DNA of 61,053 nt, the filler included, from Globobulimina sp. (taxonomy: Eukaryota): assembly GCA_003354225.1 (NCBI GenBank). It is 19 parts of 19 records of this genome, joined end to end, with 100 filler letters (N's around TTAATTAATTAA, not from the genome) between each part and the next. Parts side by side here need not be neighbours in the genome. Positions count along the whole stretch, not along the records: positions 1 to 3,122 come from PIVH01003671.1; positions 3,223 to 6,344 come from PIVH01003672.1; positions 6,445 to 9,565 come from PIVH01003673.1; positions 9,666 to 12,785 come from PIVH01003674.1; 15 more parts are not named here. One strand, 5' to 3'. The translations under genes were made by a program, and so were the position numbers. The notes beneath the pieces are model-generated. The model saw only the letters and a program-made list of their open reading frames with translations. It ran no database searches and was not told where the DNA came from. Shown here in pieces: positions 1 to 12,885 of the stretch; the first letter of the stretch is position 1; the number at the start of each line of letters is the position of its first letter.

Positions 1-541
1 TGAATTTTCTGGCAAATTCAGAGAGGAATGAGCATTCCTTTTTGTATATTTTTTGATTAAAACTGATTCTTTTCATGGTGGTGAAGATCTGATCAACAAA
101 CTAACATGGAATTATCTGATAGTTGGTCGATTTCTTTAAAGGTTTTTAGTCAGTCAGCAAAAAAGGGCTTGAATCAAAAATTGAATATTATTTACGATTT
201 GGTTAAGGTGAAAATGCAAGTCCTAATATTTTTGTGCTTGTGTATACTCTGCGATGTGAACAGCAACGTATGTCATATTATTTAATGTGCATTTAAACTG
301 AATTGAAAGCAAACTCACTCACTAATTCAGTACCATTTTATTCCTTATCAACCTAATGAAAAATTTATGTTTATTATGTCCGGTCCTTTTACACATAATT
401 CAGTATTTATTCACTTAGTATATTGTGTAAAAGGATGCACAATGTCTATTCAGTATATTTATTCAGTTAATAAATGATTGCTTAATGAATTCTTAGTTAA
501 TAAATATTTCGAACAATTTGGCAATATTACATACAATTTAA

Positions 542-1288
542 TCATTTTCTTTTATATTTATATCTGAACTTACAATGTTTCTTTTGGTGCAGCAGCAATG
601 AGCAATTTCTTTTATATCCCTGATGGCACCAACAACAAATAAACGGTCTCTTTTTACTATGAACAATCAAATGTTTCTTCAAACCATGTTTAGAAGTTCC
701 AGCTTTGTGACATCGCGGACATTTCAAATTATTCTTTCCCATTTCATCAATCTTTTTCTTTAAATCCTCCATTTGGTCGTCACTGATATCAGAGTCAGAA
801 TCACTGCCTTTTTATCAAAATTAATGATCAAAGTTATCACTTTCCAGAGATCAGACAAAGAAACAAAACAGTAAGTAATCTAAACTTTGATTTGCTTTGT
901 CTCGTGACCGGGATCTAGATCTCGACCTTGACGTTGTATGACTTGCCTGAGTCGCCTCTGAATCAGAATCAGTGCAATTATCTACATTTTGCTTCAGCAA
1001 ACTGGTTGGTTTTGATATAATATATATATCATTATCTGTATCGATATCATCATCATCAACATCAGCAGCTGTACCATTATCATCGAGTGTATCGACAGTT
1101 GTATCCTTATTTATTAATGGCTGTGTACTGTCCATATTATCCTGTTCTGTCATGAAATTATGAGCTTGCAGCAATAAATGTATTCCAACTTTATCAGAGA
1201 CAGAATGTTCATTTTGTTGTTGTTGTTGTTGGTCGTTGTTATCAGAATAATTTGTACTGTTCGTGTTTAATGTTTTTACGGTATTCAT
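542..1288 (-). CDS. C2H2 zinc-finger protein (2 fingers), two exons
   Basis: CPRCHKAGTSKHGLKKHLIVH-SKKRPF-ICCWCHQGYKRNCSLLLHQKKH. A GT..AG intron at about 809-885 joins the acidic/RS-rich ORF 851-1288 in frame. Confidence 0.8.
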
Positions 1289-1664
1289 TGCGTTTCGAAG
1301 TCTATTCAGTATGTACCGTAATCCGGTATGATATTAACATAATTAAAGTCGTGTATCATTTCTTACATACTGTTGGCAAAACAAATTGGAGATTTGATTA
1401 TGGAGCAAATGTTTTTGAGTTATTAGATGGCGGATTCGTTTATTGTATGTTTCTTCCATCTCATTCATCGTGTTCACATAACGGCGCATTATTTGCATCA
1501 CTATTGTGGTCATCGGATCTTCCATTGTTAAAAAAGGCACTAAAATTAAACAAAAAAGATTTTTGTTATTTGATTTGAGACACGATAAAATGTATCCTAT
1601 ATACAGTAAAAACATACGTTTTTGTAGCTAAAACTAAAAGATTTACACAAGTATTTGTTCAAGA

Positions 1665-2645
1665 TTATAAAATAGCTTCCCATGATCGTTGATATCGCTG
1701 TGCGCACAAATTGCATATATTTTGATAGCACTTATCACAACAAAGGCAACATATTCCATATAAATGTGTCGCAAAACGAAAGGTAAACAACATACAGACT
1801 GCATCCAGCATCGATGCAGTCGCAGTGATGCATTTTGCCAATAACATCCCAGCATAATATCTGTGTGTCGTATATTTAAAAACGAAGAAAAACCAGGCAG
1901 CTCTTTCAAATATCCAAAATATAATAGTCATACAACACAACAATGCATTTCGCACAACTCTATTTATTAATAGTTTTTGTCGCTCATTCAAACTGTTTGC
2001 TGGCAAATGCGTATTTCTTTGCACCGCTGGCGGTGATAACATTAAACCTGACTGTTGTGAGTATGATAAAATCGATGTCTTCATTCTTACCATTAAGCGA
2101 AATAAGTTCATATTAAATAGCCATAAACATAAAAGTGTGGCAGTTGTGGTTGCAACTAATCCAATAATGTCAATGTAAAGTAATAAATGTGAGAATCCTA
2201 AAATATCCCCATAGCGATAAGCCAGACATTCTAACATAAAGTTAATAGCATTAATACAGACCAATGCTATTAATATACTAATCATATATTTTGAAATTGC
2301 AAAGGCGGAATCGAAGAATGATAAATGTAGCCTGTAAATGTAAATCGAATATGTTACTATATCAATAAATAAATGTGCAATATTCTGACTTTGGTACCAT
2401 AGACCACCGAAATCGCGATCATCGCCGTTAATAATTACTGTCATTCCACTTGCTGCGGAACAACAAATGCAGGCAACACATCCACACACACTCAATAATC
2501 GTATGATAACCCGAATTCTTGATGTTTTTTCAAAATTGCAGCAATACTCGATCCCATAAAAAAATAAAACAATGGTTATTACAACTAATGATACTATATG
2601 CAAACCAATAGTGAACCAAAACATATATTGTGTCAAATGATCCAT
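1665..2645 (-). CDS. Orphan ~7-TM membrane protein (GPCR-like topology)
   Basis: About seven hydrophobic segments, a long third intracellular loop and a Cys-rich C-tail (ICCLCCDKC). Probable start is MDHLTQ at 2645. Confidence 0.6.
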   Translation of the reverse strand: MDHLTQYMFWFTIGLHIVSLVVITIVLFFYGIEYCCNFEKTSRIRVIIRLLSVCGCVACICCSAASGMTVIINGDDRDFGGLWYQSQNIAHLFIDIVTYSIYIYRLHLSFFDSAFAISKYMISILIALVCINAINFMLECLAYRYGDILGFSHLLLYIDIIGLVATTTATLLCLWLFNMNLFRLMVRMKTSILSYSQQSGLMLSPPAVQRNTHLPANSLNERQKLLINRVVRNALLCCMTIIFWIFERAAWFFFVFKYTTHRYYAGMLLAKCITATASMLDAVCMLFTFRFATHLYGICCLCCDKCYQNICNLCAQRYQRSWEAIL

Positions 2646-2712
2646 TTTCCTGTTGATGAAGCAGTAAAAAAGTTTTTGAATGTATGCACAGTGATCAATA
2701 TATTTTATTTGC

Positions 2713-3122
2713 ATGGCAGCAGCAAAAGAGGAAAAAAAAGAAGAATCAAACCATGCAAATATTTCAAATGTATATACGCTCAACGATGGCAACAAAATAC
2801 CTATCATTGGATTTGGAACATATCAATTGTATAATGAGCAATGCAGGAAAGCAGTTGAATATGCAATAAACATTGGTTACAGACATATTGACACTGCGAT
2901 ATTTTATAACAACGAACAAGATGTTGGTGTTGCTATCAGAAACGCAAAAATCCATCGTAACCAATTGTTTATAACAACGAAATTATGGTCACATGATCAT
3001 GAACACGGAAACGGCGAAACTGCAAACGCTGTTAATTCAAGTCTAAAAAATTTGGATGTACAATATATTGATTTATATTTAATACATTCACCGTATGGGC
3101 AGCATAATGTTTTAACATATAA
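2713..3122 (+). CDS. Aldo/keto reductase (3' partial)
   Basis: LNDGNKIPIIGFGTY, GYRHIDTAIFYNNE, LFITTKLW, YIDLYLIHSP (catalytic D-Y-K-H tetrad). Confidence 0.95.
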
Positions 3123-3222
3123 NNNNNNNNNNNNNNNNNNNNNNNNNNNNNNNNNNNNNNNNNNNNTTAATTAATTAANNNNNNNNNNNNNNNNNNNNNN
3201 NNNNNNNNNNNNNNNNNNNNNN
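3123..3222. other. Artificial contig linker (first of 18)
   Basis: 100-nt N-run/TTAATTAATTAA/N-run with stops in all frames. It recurs at 6345-6444, 9566-9665, 12786-12885, 16006-16105, 19226-19325, 22445-22544, 25664-25763, 28883-28982, 32102-32201, 35320-35419, 38538-38637, 41756-41855, 44974-45073, 48191-48290, 51408-51507, 54624-54723 and 57839-57938. The intervening contigs shrink steadily from 3122 to 3115 bp. Confidence 0.99.
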
Positions 3223-3747
3223 CGTCAATCTATAAACGGACGCATATCTATGTTGATGCAGATAACATTTCAAACTCAGAAGAAAAAAAAGAAGCATACG
3301 AATATGTATGGTAAAGTGAGATATATTGGGCAAATTGAAGGGAAAATAGGCATATATTACGGAATTGAATTGGATGAAACAACGACAATCAGCAGCAATA
3401 ATTACAATTCCAATATGAACATAGACACTCAATATTATTTCCATACCAATAACAAATCTATCTTCATCAAAAAAAAACAAATCCTTAAAATATTAATAAA
3501 AAATGGCAATGCGCTGCGAATGAATGTTGGTGATATTGTTCGAGTGCCAAAGTTTGATTGCAATGCAATCATTCGATTCATTGGAGAATTCAGACCGCCT
3601 TCGTTATGGTGCGGTGTGCAGTTAGAAGATAAAAAGGGTGATAACAATGGCTCTATCTATGGACATAAATATTTTTCATGTTTGCAAGATTACGGAAGTT
3701 TTCTATCTCAGAACGATATCAAAATAATCAAATTAATTCAACAATAG
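3223..3747 (+). CDS. CAP-Gly domain protein (two CAP-Gly-like units, 5' partial)
   Basis: GKVRYIG..YYGIELDE and AIIRFIG..WCGVQLEDKKGDNNGSIYGHKYFSC. Confidence 0.85.
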   Translation, partial: RQSINGRISMLMQITFQTQKKKKKHTNMYGKVRYIGQIEGKIGIYYGIELDETTTISSNNYNSNMNIDTQYYFHTNNKSIFIKKKQILKILIKNGNALRMNVGDIVRVPKFDCNAIIRFIGEFRPPSLWCGVQLEDKKGDNNGSIYGHKYFSCLQDYGSFLSQNDIKIIKLIQQ

Positions 3748-4274
3748 AGAATATAAATCTGGATATTTTATATTACGAAACATGAATTGTATATAAAAAT
3801 TCATATATTGTTTAAATATCGTATTTTTACTACGCTATGCATGGTAATATTTAAAGTCTGAACTCTGAAGGATGTTGTTGTGCTGTAATGAATAATTATA
3901 ATCAGCCCAACATCCTGCATGTTTTTACCATTTGTAGTCTTTAGCCTTATTGTAATACGTTTTATCTTATACTTTTGTATGCTGTGTAGATTAATAATCT
4001 TTCTTTTGCGCTGGACGTTAACCACTTCACCTATTGACCTAATTAATTGTCATTGCGGTGATGGGATTTCAACGTTTGTAGTTGATCGATGTAGCGACAT
4101 ATATAAAGCTGGCAATAAAATTGAAAAACATGCAGCATACATTTCTTTACAACAATTTGCACCAAAAAAAAAAGAATAATAAAATATACGAACACAACGG
4201 AACAAAAAAACGGAATCATGTACAAAAGACCAAAAAAACGGAATCATGTGAAAGGCTTTTAAATCATTTTGTTG

Positions 4275-5336
4275 TTATGGCTGTTCATCAATGTCATGAA
4301 CATTCCCTGCTTGTTTATAAAAACTTTTATTTTCAATCTGATTATCCTCTTTTAACGGAGTAGTAAATTGAGCAAAATCGTCTTTATCAGCAATTAACGA
4401 AACAACCGCTTGATTGGCATCGCCGGCATCCTCCCACCCATCGATTTGCGTACTTTGTTGTTTATGATGGCTCTCATTGCCCTCAGCTATCTGCGCTTTA
4501 TTCTTAAACGAAATCCTCGCCGATTTCCGCTTCCCTGTCGTATAATTCTTCGCTTTTATAATCGCCGGTGTCTCCGATACCTATTTCATTAACAATTCAT
4601 TACAAATCAACATATCAAATATATATTAATCATAACCTGTTTTTTAAGTCCTTTCACCTTACGATGCGTCCTCAAACTCGACATCCTCATACTTCCAACC
4701 CCTGCGGCTCTTTGTTGCGACAGCAAATACCGACTCGATATAAAACGGAGACTGTTCAACGTATTTTTACGCACACTCAAACTGCTCGGACTACGGCCGC
4801 CAGCACCGTCTGCATCTCGATTTGGGTCAATATTGGGCATCGACATTTTCTTTTTACTATATTTCATACTCGATGGCCGCGCAAACAATGACTTTCCTCT
4901 TTCATCCACACTCTGAGCAACCCGCATATTGCCAGGCCGCGATATGCCCAAAACATCCTTTCTCTCAACTTCATCCGGACCCGGATCCAAATCAAAAGAT
5001 TCATCATCAAACTGCACCGATTCCTCATCACTCAAAGATGCCGCGGCAGGGCCAATATTGGAATATTGTTTCAATATCTCGTCCTGCAAATGTCGCACAT
5101 GAAACTTCTTGGCGTGTTCAAACAAACCCTCGTGTTTAGCAAGCACATATTTCACCACTTCGAAACATTCTTTGATGGTCCAATCCTCCTCAATGCCCTG
5201 CGCAGACACAGAGGATGGTAATTGTTTGTCATTTAGACAGTGTGTTACCATCTCCTTTCGTCCAGCGCGATTTAATTGTTTCTTCGATCGATATCTATCA
5301 ATTTTGCCAATGTTAGATTCCTGCCGCCGCAGTCCC
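4275..5336 (-). CDS. Hypothetical protein, multi-exon; 5' end unresolved
   Basis: ORF 4607-5251 plus an in-frame downstream exon (VSETPAIIKAK...DEQP*, stop at 4275) after an AT-rich GT-AG intron. Confidence 0.55.
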
Positions 5337-5588
5337 TGAACATCACATACAGAAAGGAAACATTTATGTATTTGAATTAAAATATTGACGGTTGTACATA
5401 ATGTGTATGAGGATGAGCAGTGGAATACTTATACAATACGAAAAGACTGGCATTGAAGGACTGAGAAAGTTTTTTTGATTTTTGGAGTAAAAAATCTTTA
5501 GCTTTTCTTTTTTACATTTAATTACCACCTGAAACGGTTTCACTTTCACATAAACACTATACCTGTCCTGAAATCCGCGCCGCCAAAC

Positions 5589-6330
5589 ATGTCCTCAACC
5601 AAACCATACGTTATTGCAGAATATTGCAATGAAATACGAAAACGTATGTATTTGTACCATCCAACACAAAGTGATTTTATATGTGCATTACATGCAAATG
5701 CAATGTACAGTTCATGGTGATTGGGCCAATGAGACCTATGTCAATTTAGTTAAAGCAGCTCGTTCAAAATTCAAAATCGAAGATGAAATGCAATTTGATA
5801 TTCGCGTTTACGATAAAGTAACAAATAAATATTTTAAAATCGATGAAGATGAGATGGATGAAATTACGCCGGCTGGATTACTACAAATAACACCGTCACA
5901 AATCCAGACAAAAAGCAAAGCGGTTCCAGAAACATTAAGTGCCGAACAAGCCAATGCATTACGAGCTGAATGGAGCGTAAATTCAAAAGTCGAGTTATAC
6001 TCAGAAACGATGAAAAAATGGATGAAAGGTACCATAATTGGTATCATCAACGACGAGGAAGGCGAATGGTTACGAATACGCTATTTACAAAATCGAGAAA
6101 AAGAAATACAGCGTTTCAGTAAATTCATTAGACCTCTTCCAAAAACAGGAAAGCAAATTGCAACTAAAGAGGATGCAAAAGAAGAAAAGGAAGATGTATC
6201 AGATGATCCTGCCTCGGCTGTGGAAGAAGAAGAAGATACACACAAAGCTGTCGTGATTGACAAAGAGACGAAAGTCGAAGATGATGTTAAGTGTTTCAGC
6301 GTTTCTGATGTTTATGACGCCACAAATTAA
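5589..6330 (+). CDS. Protein with PB1-like N-terminus and Tudor/Agenet/SH3-like beta-barrel
   Basis: MSSTKPYVIAEYCNEIRK|L-HGDW.. across intron 5644-5710; WSVNSKVELYSETMKKWMKGTIIGIINDEEGEWLRIRY. Confidence 0.55.
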
Positions 6331-6444
6331 CAATTGTTTACAATNNNNNNNNNNNNNNNNNNNNNNNNNNNNNNNNNNNNNNNNNNNNTTAATTAATTAA
6401 NNNNNNNNNNNNNNNNNNNNNNNNNNNNNNNNNNNNNNNNNNNN

Positions 6445-7010
6445 CACCGATTGATATAAGTAAATATGAGGATCAATCTTTGAATACATCCACATTGACT
6501 AATATTGTCACAGTTTAATGCTCTCGTTTGTATCATATTATTTTTGTGTTTTCCCCATTGTTCAACCAATGCACTGCGTCCATTCCTTTTCGATGTAAAT
6601 AAATAATACGGTGTGTCTGCAGTGTATATGTCAGTCGTTGCATCCATTGCTTCCAGGCACAATATGCCCAATCGCATGGATGTTAATTTAAATGCATTTA
6701 TATCATCTTTGGATAAAAAAGTAATGATATTTGAAATGGATCCAAAGGATATTTTGTCAAAATTGTGTCGAATATGCGTATGGTTACCAGGTTGGTTTGA
6801 ATTGGCGACTGCTTCGTCAATAATATCTGTCATTGCATTTAATTGTTTTTCTGTTGAACATTTTATTAACATTTCCAATATATTCCTTTTACCAAATGCA
6901 TCAAACAAAGTATCGAGGCATGAAGACAGTACAATATCGTCAGTGTCATTCAGCAAAAGCTTTACACGCAACAATGACCGTACATGGCTATTGCACTGTG
7001 TCTGCATCAT
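6445..7010 (-). CDS. Hypothetical protein (3' partial)
   Basis: Open frame of about 190 aa running to the contig end; no recognised motif. Confidence 0.45.
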
Positions 7011-7093
7011 CAGTCAAAGCATTTTAAAGTTTTATTATCCACACGGCCAAAAACTCAATATTTTAATTTCCAGCAATACTAAGTCGTTACAAC

Positions 7094-7447
7094 ATGGCCA
7101 CTGAAAGAGAGAGTCCACCAGCAATGGTCATTGGATACGCGTGTTTATTTGTGTCATTATTACTATTTATTCATACTGGAATGGGTGTGAGTCAGTATAA
7201 ACATTGGCTATTAATTCATGATGAACAGGACACATCATTGCCGTTGGATATAATTTTGGAATGTTTAACAGCTTTAGGAAGTGCAATATTTGCAATTAAT
7301 TTTCTTATTACAAGACCATTTCGTGAGATTGTTAATGTATCGGAAGCAAAATTAAGAATGATGGATGGATTAACATATTCCGAAGACTTTGCTATATTTA
7401 AACGTAGACGACATCCGGTCTCTATTTCGTCAAAAAAAGAGTCATAA
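7094..7447 (+). CDS. EMC5/MMgT-like small membrane protein
   Basis: 117 aa, two TMs, LLFIHTG..SQY and SLPLDIILECL, C-terminal F.IFKRR. The pattern fits EMC5. Confidence 0.7.
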   Translation: MATERESPPAMVIGYACLFVSLLLFIHTGMGVSQYKHWLLIHDEQDTSLPLDIILECLTALGSAIFAINFLITRPFREIVNVSEAKLRMMDGLTYSEDFAIFKRRRHPVSISSKKES

Positions 7448-7491
7448 CACAAATCCCATTCGGTAGGATAATAACCTATGCCATGACATTC

Positions 7492-7502
7492 TATCCTTGC
7501 AC
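7492..7502 (-). promoter_or_regulatory. Intergenic motif GTGCAAGGATA
   Basis: TATCCTTGCAC on + strand; one of 7 intergenic copies. Regulatory role is inferred. Confidence 0.55.
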
Positions 7503-7642
7503 TCAATCACGGACTTTTTTGGATAGTTAATTTACAGCAACGTTTTGTTTATCAATTATGTGAATTTAACAATTTCAACAAAAAACAAAGTTACCTAAAA
7601 AACAACGAAAAAACAACGAAAAAACAACTAAAACATATTAGA

Positions 7643-8599
7643 TTATTTTCTGAAAAATGAAACTTTCCAAACAGACAATGTTCCAAATAAATGATTCAGC
7701 AAATTGCAATATGTCACACCATTCTGATCGCGATGTTTCTTCCTTTTGCAACATTTGAATACAAATCCCATAAATTGCCCTATCAAAACAAACATAGTCA
7801 ATACCACCAATGCGTTATATTCCACATTTACAGACTTTTCCACTCGTTTAATATATTCTAATTTTTCTAAAATTGCAATGATAATAACTGCCAGATACAG
7901 ACAATCGATCAATATACAAACACTCGATTCCATCAAAGATGAGCAAAATAGCGCAGATTCTTTACCATGACAAGCAACCATCTTTTTTAAAATTGTCAAT
8001 ATTATATGCAATATGAATGAAATCACTATACATATTACACAAAAATCAATGATTGCAATATTATACAATGTAATGTTAAACAGCATATATACACATAATC
8101 CAAATACTAATATATCTGATATTAAATGAACAGAAACCACGGTAAATATGAAGGCTGAGTGATACATAAACACGTCACTAATTTTCTGGATTGGTTCTAA
8201 ATCCTCGACATTGGTCAATGCATTGACTGGCAAACAAATTAAGAATGAAATGCACCAAAACAGACAGTTATAACCTCCGCTATATTTGAATAATTTATAC
8301 ATAGCTTCGCCTTCACATTCCCAACCAGTTGAATACAAATCATTATATATCAGCAACCCAATCAATGCCATATACATCAGAAAGGTGAGCCAATTAAGTA
8401 TTTTTGGTGCAGACAGCTTATTTTCTTGTGTGGACAGAAGTCGTTTTAAACAGAATAAAATGTTGAATAAATAGTATGCAGAGAAAACAACTGCTAACAC
8501 ACTCAAAATAATATAAAATGGATGAAATAAGATATGGATAAATATCGGCAATAACAAAGAATATTGTCTCATGTCTGCAATCGAATGATGAACGTACAA
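7643..8599 (-). CDS. Orphan multi-pass membrane protein
   Basis: 318-aa ORF with at least seven hydrophobic segments; start uncertain. Confidence 0.55.
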   Translation of the reverse strand: MYVHHSIADMRQYSLLLPIFIHILFHPFYIILSVLAVVFSAYYLFNILFCLKRLLSTQENKLSAPKILNWLTFLMYMALIGLLIYNDLYSTGWECEGEAMYKLFKYSGGYNCLFWCISFLICLPVNALTNVEDLEPIQKISDVFMYHSAFIFTVVSVHLISDILVFGLCVYMLFNITLYNIAIIDFCVICIVISFILHIILTILKKMVACHGKESALFCSSLMESSVCILIDCLYLAVIIIAILEKLEYIKRVEKSVNVEYNALVVLTMFVLIGQFMGFVFKCCKRKKHRDQNGVTYCNLLNHLFGTLSVWKVSFFRK

Positions 8600-9665
8600 A
8601 TGATAATGAACACAGCAATATAAATGGCAGGAAGCAAGACATGAATGCGGATAGTGTGAAGTTTTTGAAAAACATAAACAACAAAATGCAAAAGTAATAA
8701 TTGATATCTTCAGAATCGGACATCATATCATCAACGTTCAAATCGCCAATCACCAAATACATATAAACAAAATACAAACCGTACGTACTCTGCACACCGC
8801 CATACAGAAAAAAGTGAAACACATGACTGTTTTTGCTACACATGATAAAGAATATGATGTGTCTAATCACGAAACAGTAACGAATAAGCAATCAAATGTT
8901 GCATTGGCCCAGAATTATAGGGTGCATATGATGAATATGGTCATTAACCAATATGAAAAAACAGCTACGTTTGTGCCATATTCGACTGTTGAACAATATG
9001 TTGCTGCTAAATGCTAATCATACAATATTCAAACCCAGTGAACATTGATTACATTCAACAAAAACAACGATATGAATCGCCAAATTATAATTATACTCCG
9101 GCTACAAATTCAGTAAATATTTGAGATTAAAAGTTCAACCTTCGTGCTTACAAAATAAAGTAAAAAATGATTGTTAATAAGTTGTAAATGGAAACATGAA
9201 TATTTCGCAAATAAGACACCACAAAAAATGAATAGGAATCATGGTAAACAAAGAAATATTTGCTGGGAATTTAATTCATCAGCTGGATGTAAGAGTTGTT
9301 TCAATTATTAAGACTTAAAAATATTGAATATCTTATTATTCCTTTCGGTGTTAGTAAATAAAAGAGAAACGTTTCTGGTTTGTCTGGTCGTTAGCACACA
9401 GTACAAATATTTCTGGAAACTCTCGATTGGTAAATATATTTTTCGAATTATTCAATTCTAATACCTCTTACTTATCAATTTTAATTATTCAATTTTAATT
9501 ATTCAATTCTAAATTTTCGGATTTCTAAAAACAGTTTTTTAAGCTTCGTTCAACTTTAAGCTAAANNNNNNNNNNNNNNNNNNNNNNNNNNNNNNNNNNN
9601 NNNNNNNNNTTAATTAATTAANNNNNNNNNNNNNNNNNNNNNNNNNNNNNNNNNNNNNNNNNNNN

Positions 9666-11654
9666 TCCTCTTTCTTTTCATCCACATCTTCGTCCATATG
9701 GTCACTCGATATATTTGGAACATGCAAGGCCTCCATCTTAACATTTTTAGACATTTTTGTTTTAGATAGTTCAACCACACCCAAAATATCCAATGCTTTT
9801 GGTTTCTTACTTACACTCTGTTCATTTTGTGGATTAATATTCTGCTGCTTTGGAAATGTAAAATAATAATCGTTTTCACTCTGTATATCATCCTCATAAT
9901 CCGTTGGATATTGATAGGTGCCACTACTCGCTCGATTTAACTGTGTGGCGTTCTGCGGGGTTTGCCCAGCGGGCGTTATTACAATGCTCATTGGCGTATC
10001 TTTGACGACCATACTGGTCCTACCCACCATCATCATAACACTCATCGGGCTGTCTCTAAGTTCCTTATCATCCGCAATGGTGGGCAACTTTATTCCGCTC
10101 ACCACATTTGCCTTACATTCACACTCATTCTCATGAGCTCCATCTCCTATATCAACGCTGGAGGCCATTGGCGCTGTCGGTGATGTCTCCAAATTGGAAT
10201 CAGGTGTTAACGGAGTCAATGGACTTTTAGCTGGCATTTGTTTGAGTGTTTGGGCGTCCATTTCAAGTTCCAACACAGTAGAAAGTGGCTGTATCTCTTT
10301 TGCGTGGATTTCAGTTTTGAACTTTTCAGTCATTTCGATTGTTTTTTGTGCCATTTCTTTTGATTGGCTTTGTTTTCGTGTCCGATTCCCGTTTATTTTC
10401 TCCTGACAACATTGTTTACGATATTGTTTCATACAATTTTGACATTGATGTTGAAACCATAGTGTATTTTTGGCAAAAGTCAACATCCAACAAATACAAT
10501 TTATAATCCACCATAAAGGCGCTAATAATACCACAATATCACTGTAATGACATAACGTAAATGTTAATAAAAACAATGTTGACGATATAATACAACAAAT
10601 TGCGCAGATATTCAATTTGCGCATTGTAGTTTTTAAATCATAGATAATAATTTCGGAAACACCTATTGAGCCTATTTATGATTATCATTATTTGCTACGA
10701 TATTAATATTACGATTGCAATGCAATACATACTTTGCACATAATGTTGATACTGGTTATTTAACACAGCAATGAAGCCATAAACACAATAGCTGTTAAAT
10801 ACGACATGGATTGTGATAATCGCAGGAAATAATAAATATAATATGTACATTTGCAAAATACATAAACACAGAAACGATACTGCATAAATCAGGAAAAAAC
10901 CAAATATTTTTGAATATGGCGGCTTGTTGAAATTCAATGACATAAATTTGGTCGAATAAAATCTGTACCAATTCAATAAAGACTCCCATAAAATTAGCAA
11001 AATGACTAAGAAGTAATCTATTGTCATATACATGTTTCTCACGTTGGACAGCGGTGAGTGTGTATAGAAAAATAAGCGTTTAACGCTTCCAAAGTGTGTG
11101 CCCAATATACAGTACCTTTGAGGCATGCCGTTGTCAACAGTGGATTGGATGTAATATAATGTACAGGCTATGAACGCGATGACAGCGATTAGAATTAAAA
11201 AATACAACGTAACAGCTAACGGATAGAATTCCATGGAATCCACAGATGAAAACAGGCACCAACACAGTTGATCTTTGCGTGTGTTATGTCTTTCAATTAT
11301 ATGACAACAGCAACAATTGTTTTGTTTCACTTCGTCAGCAACGATAGCCGCTGCAATGCTTGTTCTGTGTGACATTCTTCTGCCCCATGCTTCGATTGAA
11401 TTCTTCTTTTGCAATTTCAATGTGGTGTTTGCAAGTGATGGGTTTGGCGATGCGGGCGAACTCATTCTGCCCGCTGCATATCCTGCTCTATTGTAATTTG
11501 ATGAACAGCACCATTCTATCTTACAAAATCGATGGAATTCAAAATGACGACAAAAATGCAGCATGAAGCTGCATATTGCCACTGCCAATGCGATAATTAT
11601 TAATATTGCAGAAACAAAGCCAACAACATGCATCGCAGCCACTGTGAGAAACAA
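9666..11654 (-). CDS. Orphan ~7-TM protein with long cytoplasmic tail, two exons (3' partial)
   Basis: ORFs 10695-11654 and 9666-10624 are separated by a short AT-rich intron. Hydrophobic helices are followed by an S/T/P-rich tail. Confidence 0.6.
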
Positions 11655-11787
11655 AGAAACGGAAAATAAATATTAACACAAAAGAAACGGAGGGGTTGGC
11701 GTTTTTGCGCACCTACTCGGATGAAATTTAGACTATTATTAGGACGAGAAAGAGTACAATTTGAAATCCTATGTGGATTTACATGCA

Positions 11788-11799
11788 GTGCAAGGATAA
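11788..11799 (+). promoter_or_regulatory. Intergenic motif GTGCAAGGATAA
   Basis: Exact 12-mer, about 140 bp upstream of the 7-TM gene. Confidence 0.6.
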
Positions 11800-11810
11800 T
11801 GTATACAATT

Positions 11811-12762
11811 TCAAACTAAAAAACAAAAAGAGTATTTACACAAAGTGTTGAAGATTTGATGGTCTTTCCGTCTTTCAATACTAAGGACAGTCAGCAATCT
11901 TCCAATGTTTTGATCCATCATATTTAGCTTTATACCATTTAAATGCAGCAGAAGAAACTCCAAATGAAAGCGATCCTGATTCATCACATAAATCACTAAA
12001 TCTGTTGGCAAAAGAATATAAATAAACAATTATTAGCACTTAGTTATGATACATGTACATTTTACATAACTGAAATGAAATTTCTTTCCAAATACAAGAC
12101 CTTCGATTCGCTCTCATTTCTTGATTCAATAAATCCAATGAAGAGTCTTCACAAAAAATTACTGTATCAGCCACTTGCTTGTCGGAATCGGAGCAGGTCA
12201 TTTTGCAAAATATATTTCCGTAAAGCGTTTCTCGACGAAAACATTGCATAAATGTCTCATGAGTGGTTTCTCGAATTGCTTGCTCGAATTCATCCCAATT
12301 ATTGATGATGCCATTTACAACTGCTTTTATATCTGCTTCATACGTATATTCACCATATTGCGCATCATATGACATATCATCGTCGTCGTCACAATGTTGT
12401 ATGCTAACATGGCTGGATGATGATGATAAATCAAAATCATATACATGCTCACCATGCGGATATTGTGATATGGCGGTAATAGTGGTCAGCGTATTTTCAT
12501 TACTTAGTAATTTATCTACAGATTCATCTGTTCCATATGTAATATATCCAATTACACAAATAATAGTTACAACAGTAATAATAAATGATACTATTTTTCC
12601 ACAATTCCATTTTTTGGGGTTTGTTTCGTGTTTAATTATGGATTCTGTGCCATATTCAGCCGTAGAAACGTTCATCTTTTGTTTGCAATGAAAAAAACTA
12701 CGAAAAATAAAGAGTTTTTGAGTGAGATCATGGCAATGCGTAAATTGAAATGGCACGAACAA
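11811..12762 (-). CDS. Hypothetical single-pass (type II) membrane protein
   Basis: One TM (IVSFIITVVTIICVIGYI) followed by an acidic/Cys-containing ectodomain. Probable second exon near 11850-12000; exact ends uncertain. Confidence 0.45.
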
Positions 12763-12885
12763 AAATTATTGAAAAAAGTAAATTTNNNNNNNNNNNNNNN
12801 NNNNNNNNNNNNNNNNNNNNNNNNNNNNNTTAATTAATTAANNNNNNNNNNNNNNNNNNNNNNNNNNNNNNNNNNNNNNNNNNNN

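Noticed and set aside
4203-4249. 19-bp direct repeat CAAAAAAACGGAATCATGT x2
   Set aside because: Only two copies with a 9-bp gap in a 3' region; a simple local duplication, not a CRISPR array.
5527-5591. Possible overlap of divergent genes at a shared CATG (5588-5591)
   Set aside because: The minus-strand ATG does not splice in frame to the 5336 exon, and the 5' structure of that gene cannot be resolved from sequence alone.
9445-9515. TTATTCAATT(C/T)TAA tandem units
   Set aside because: Low-complexity AT minisatellite near a contig end; no further structure.
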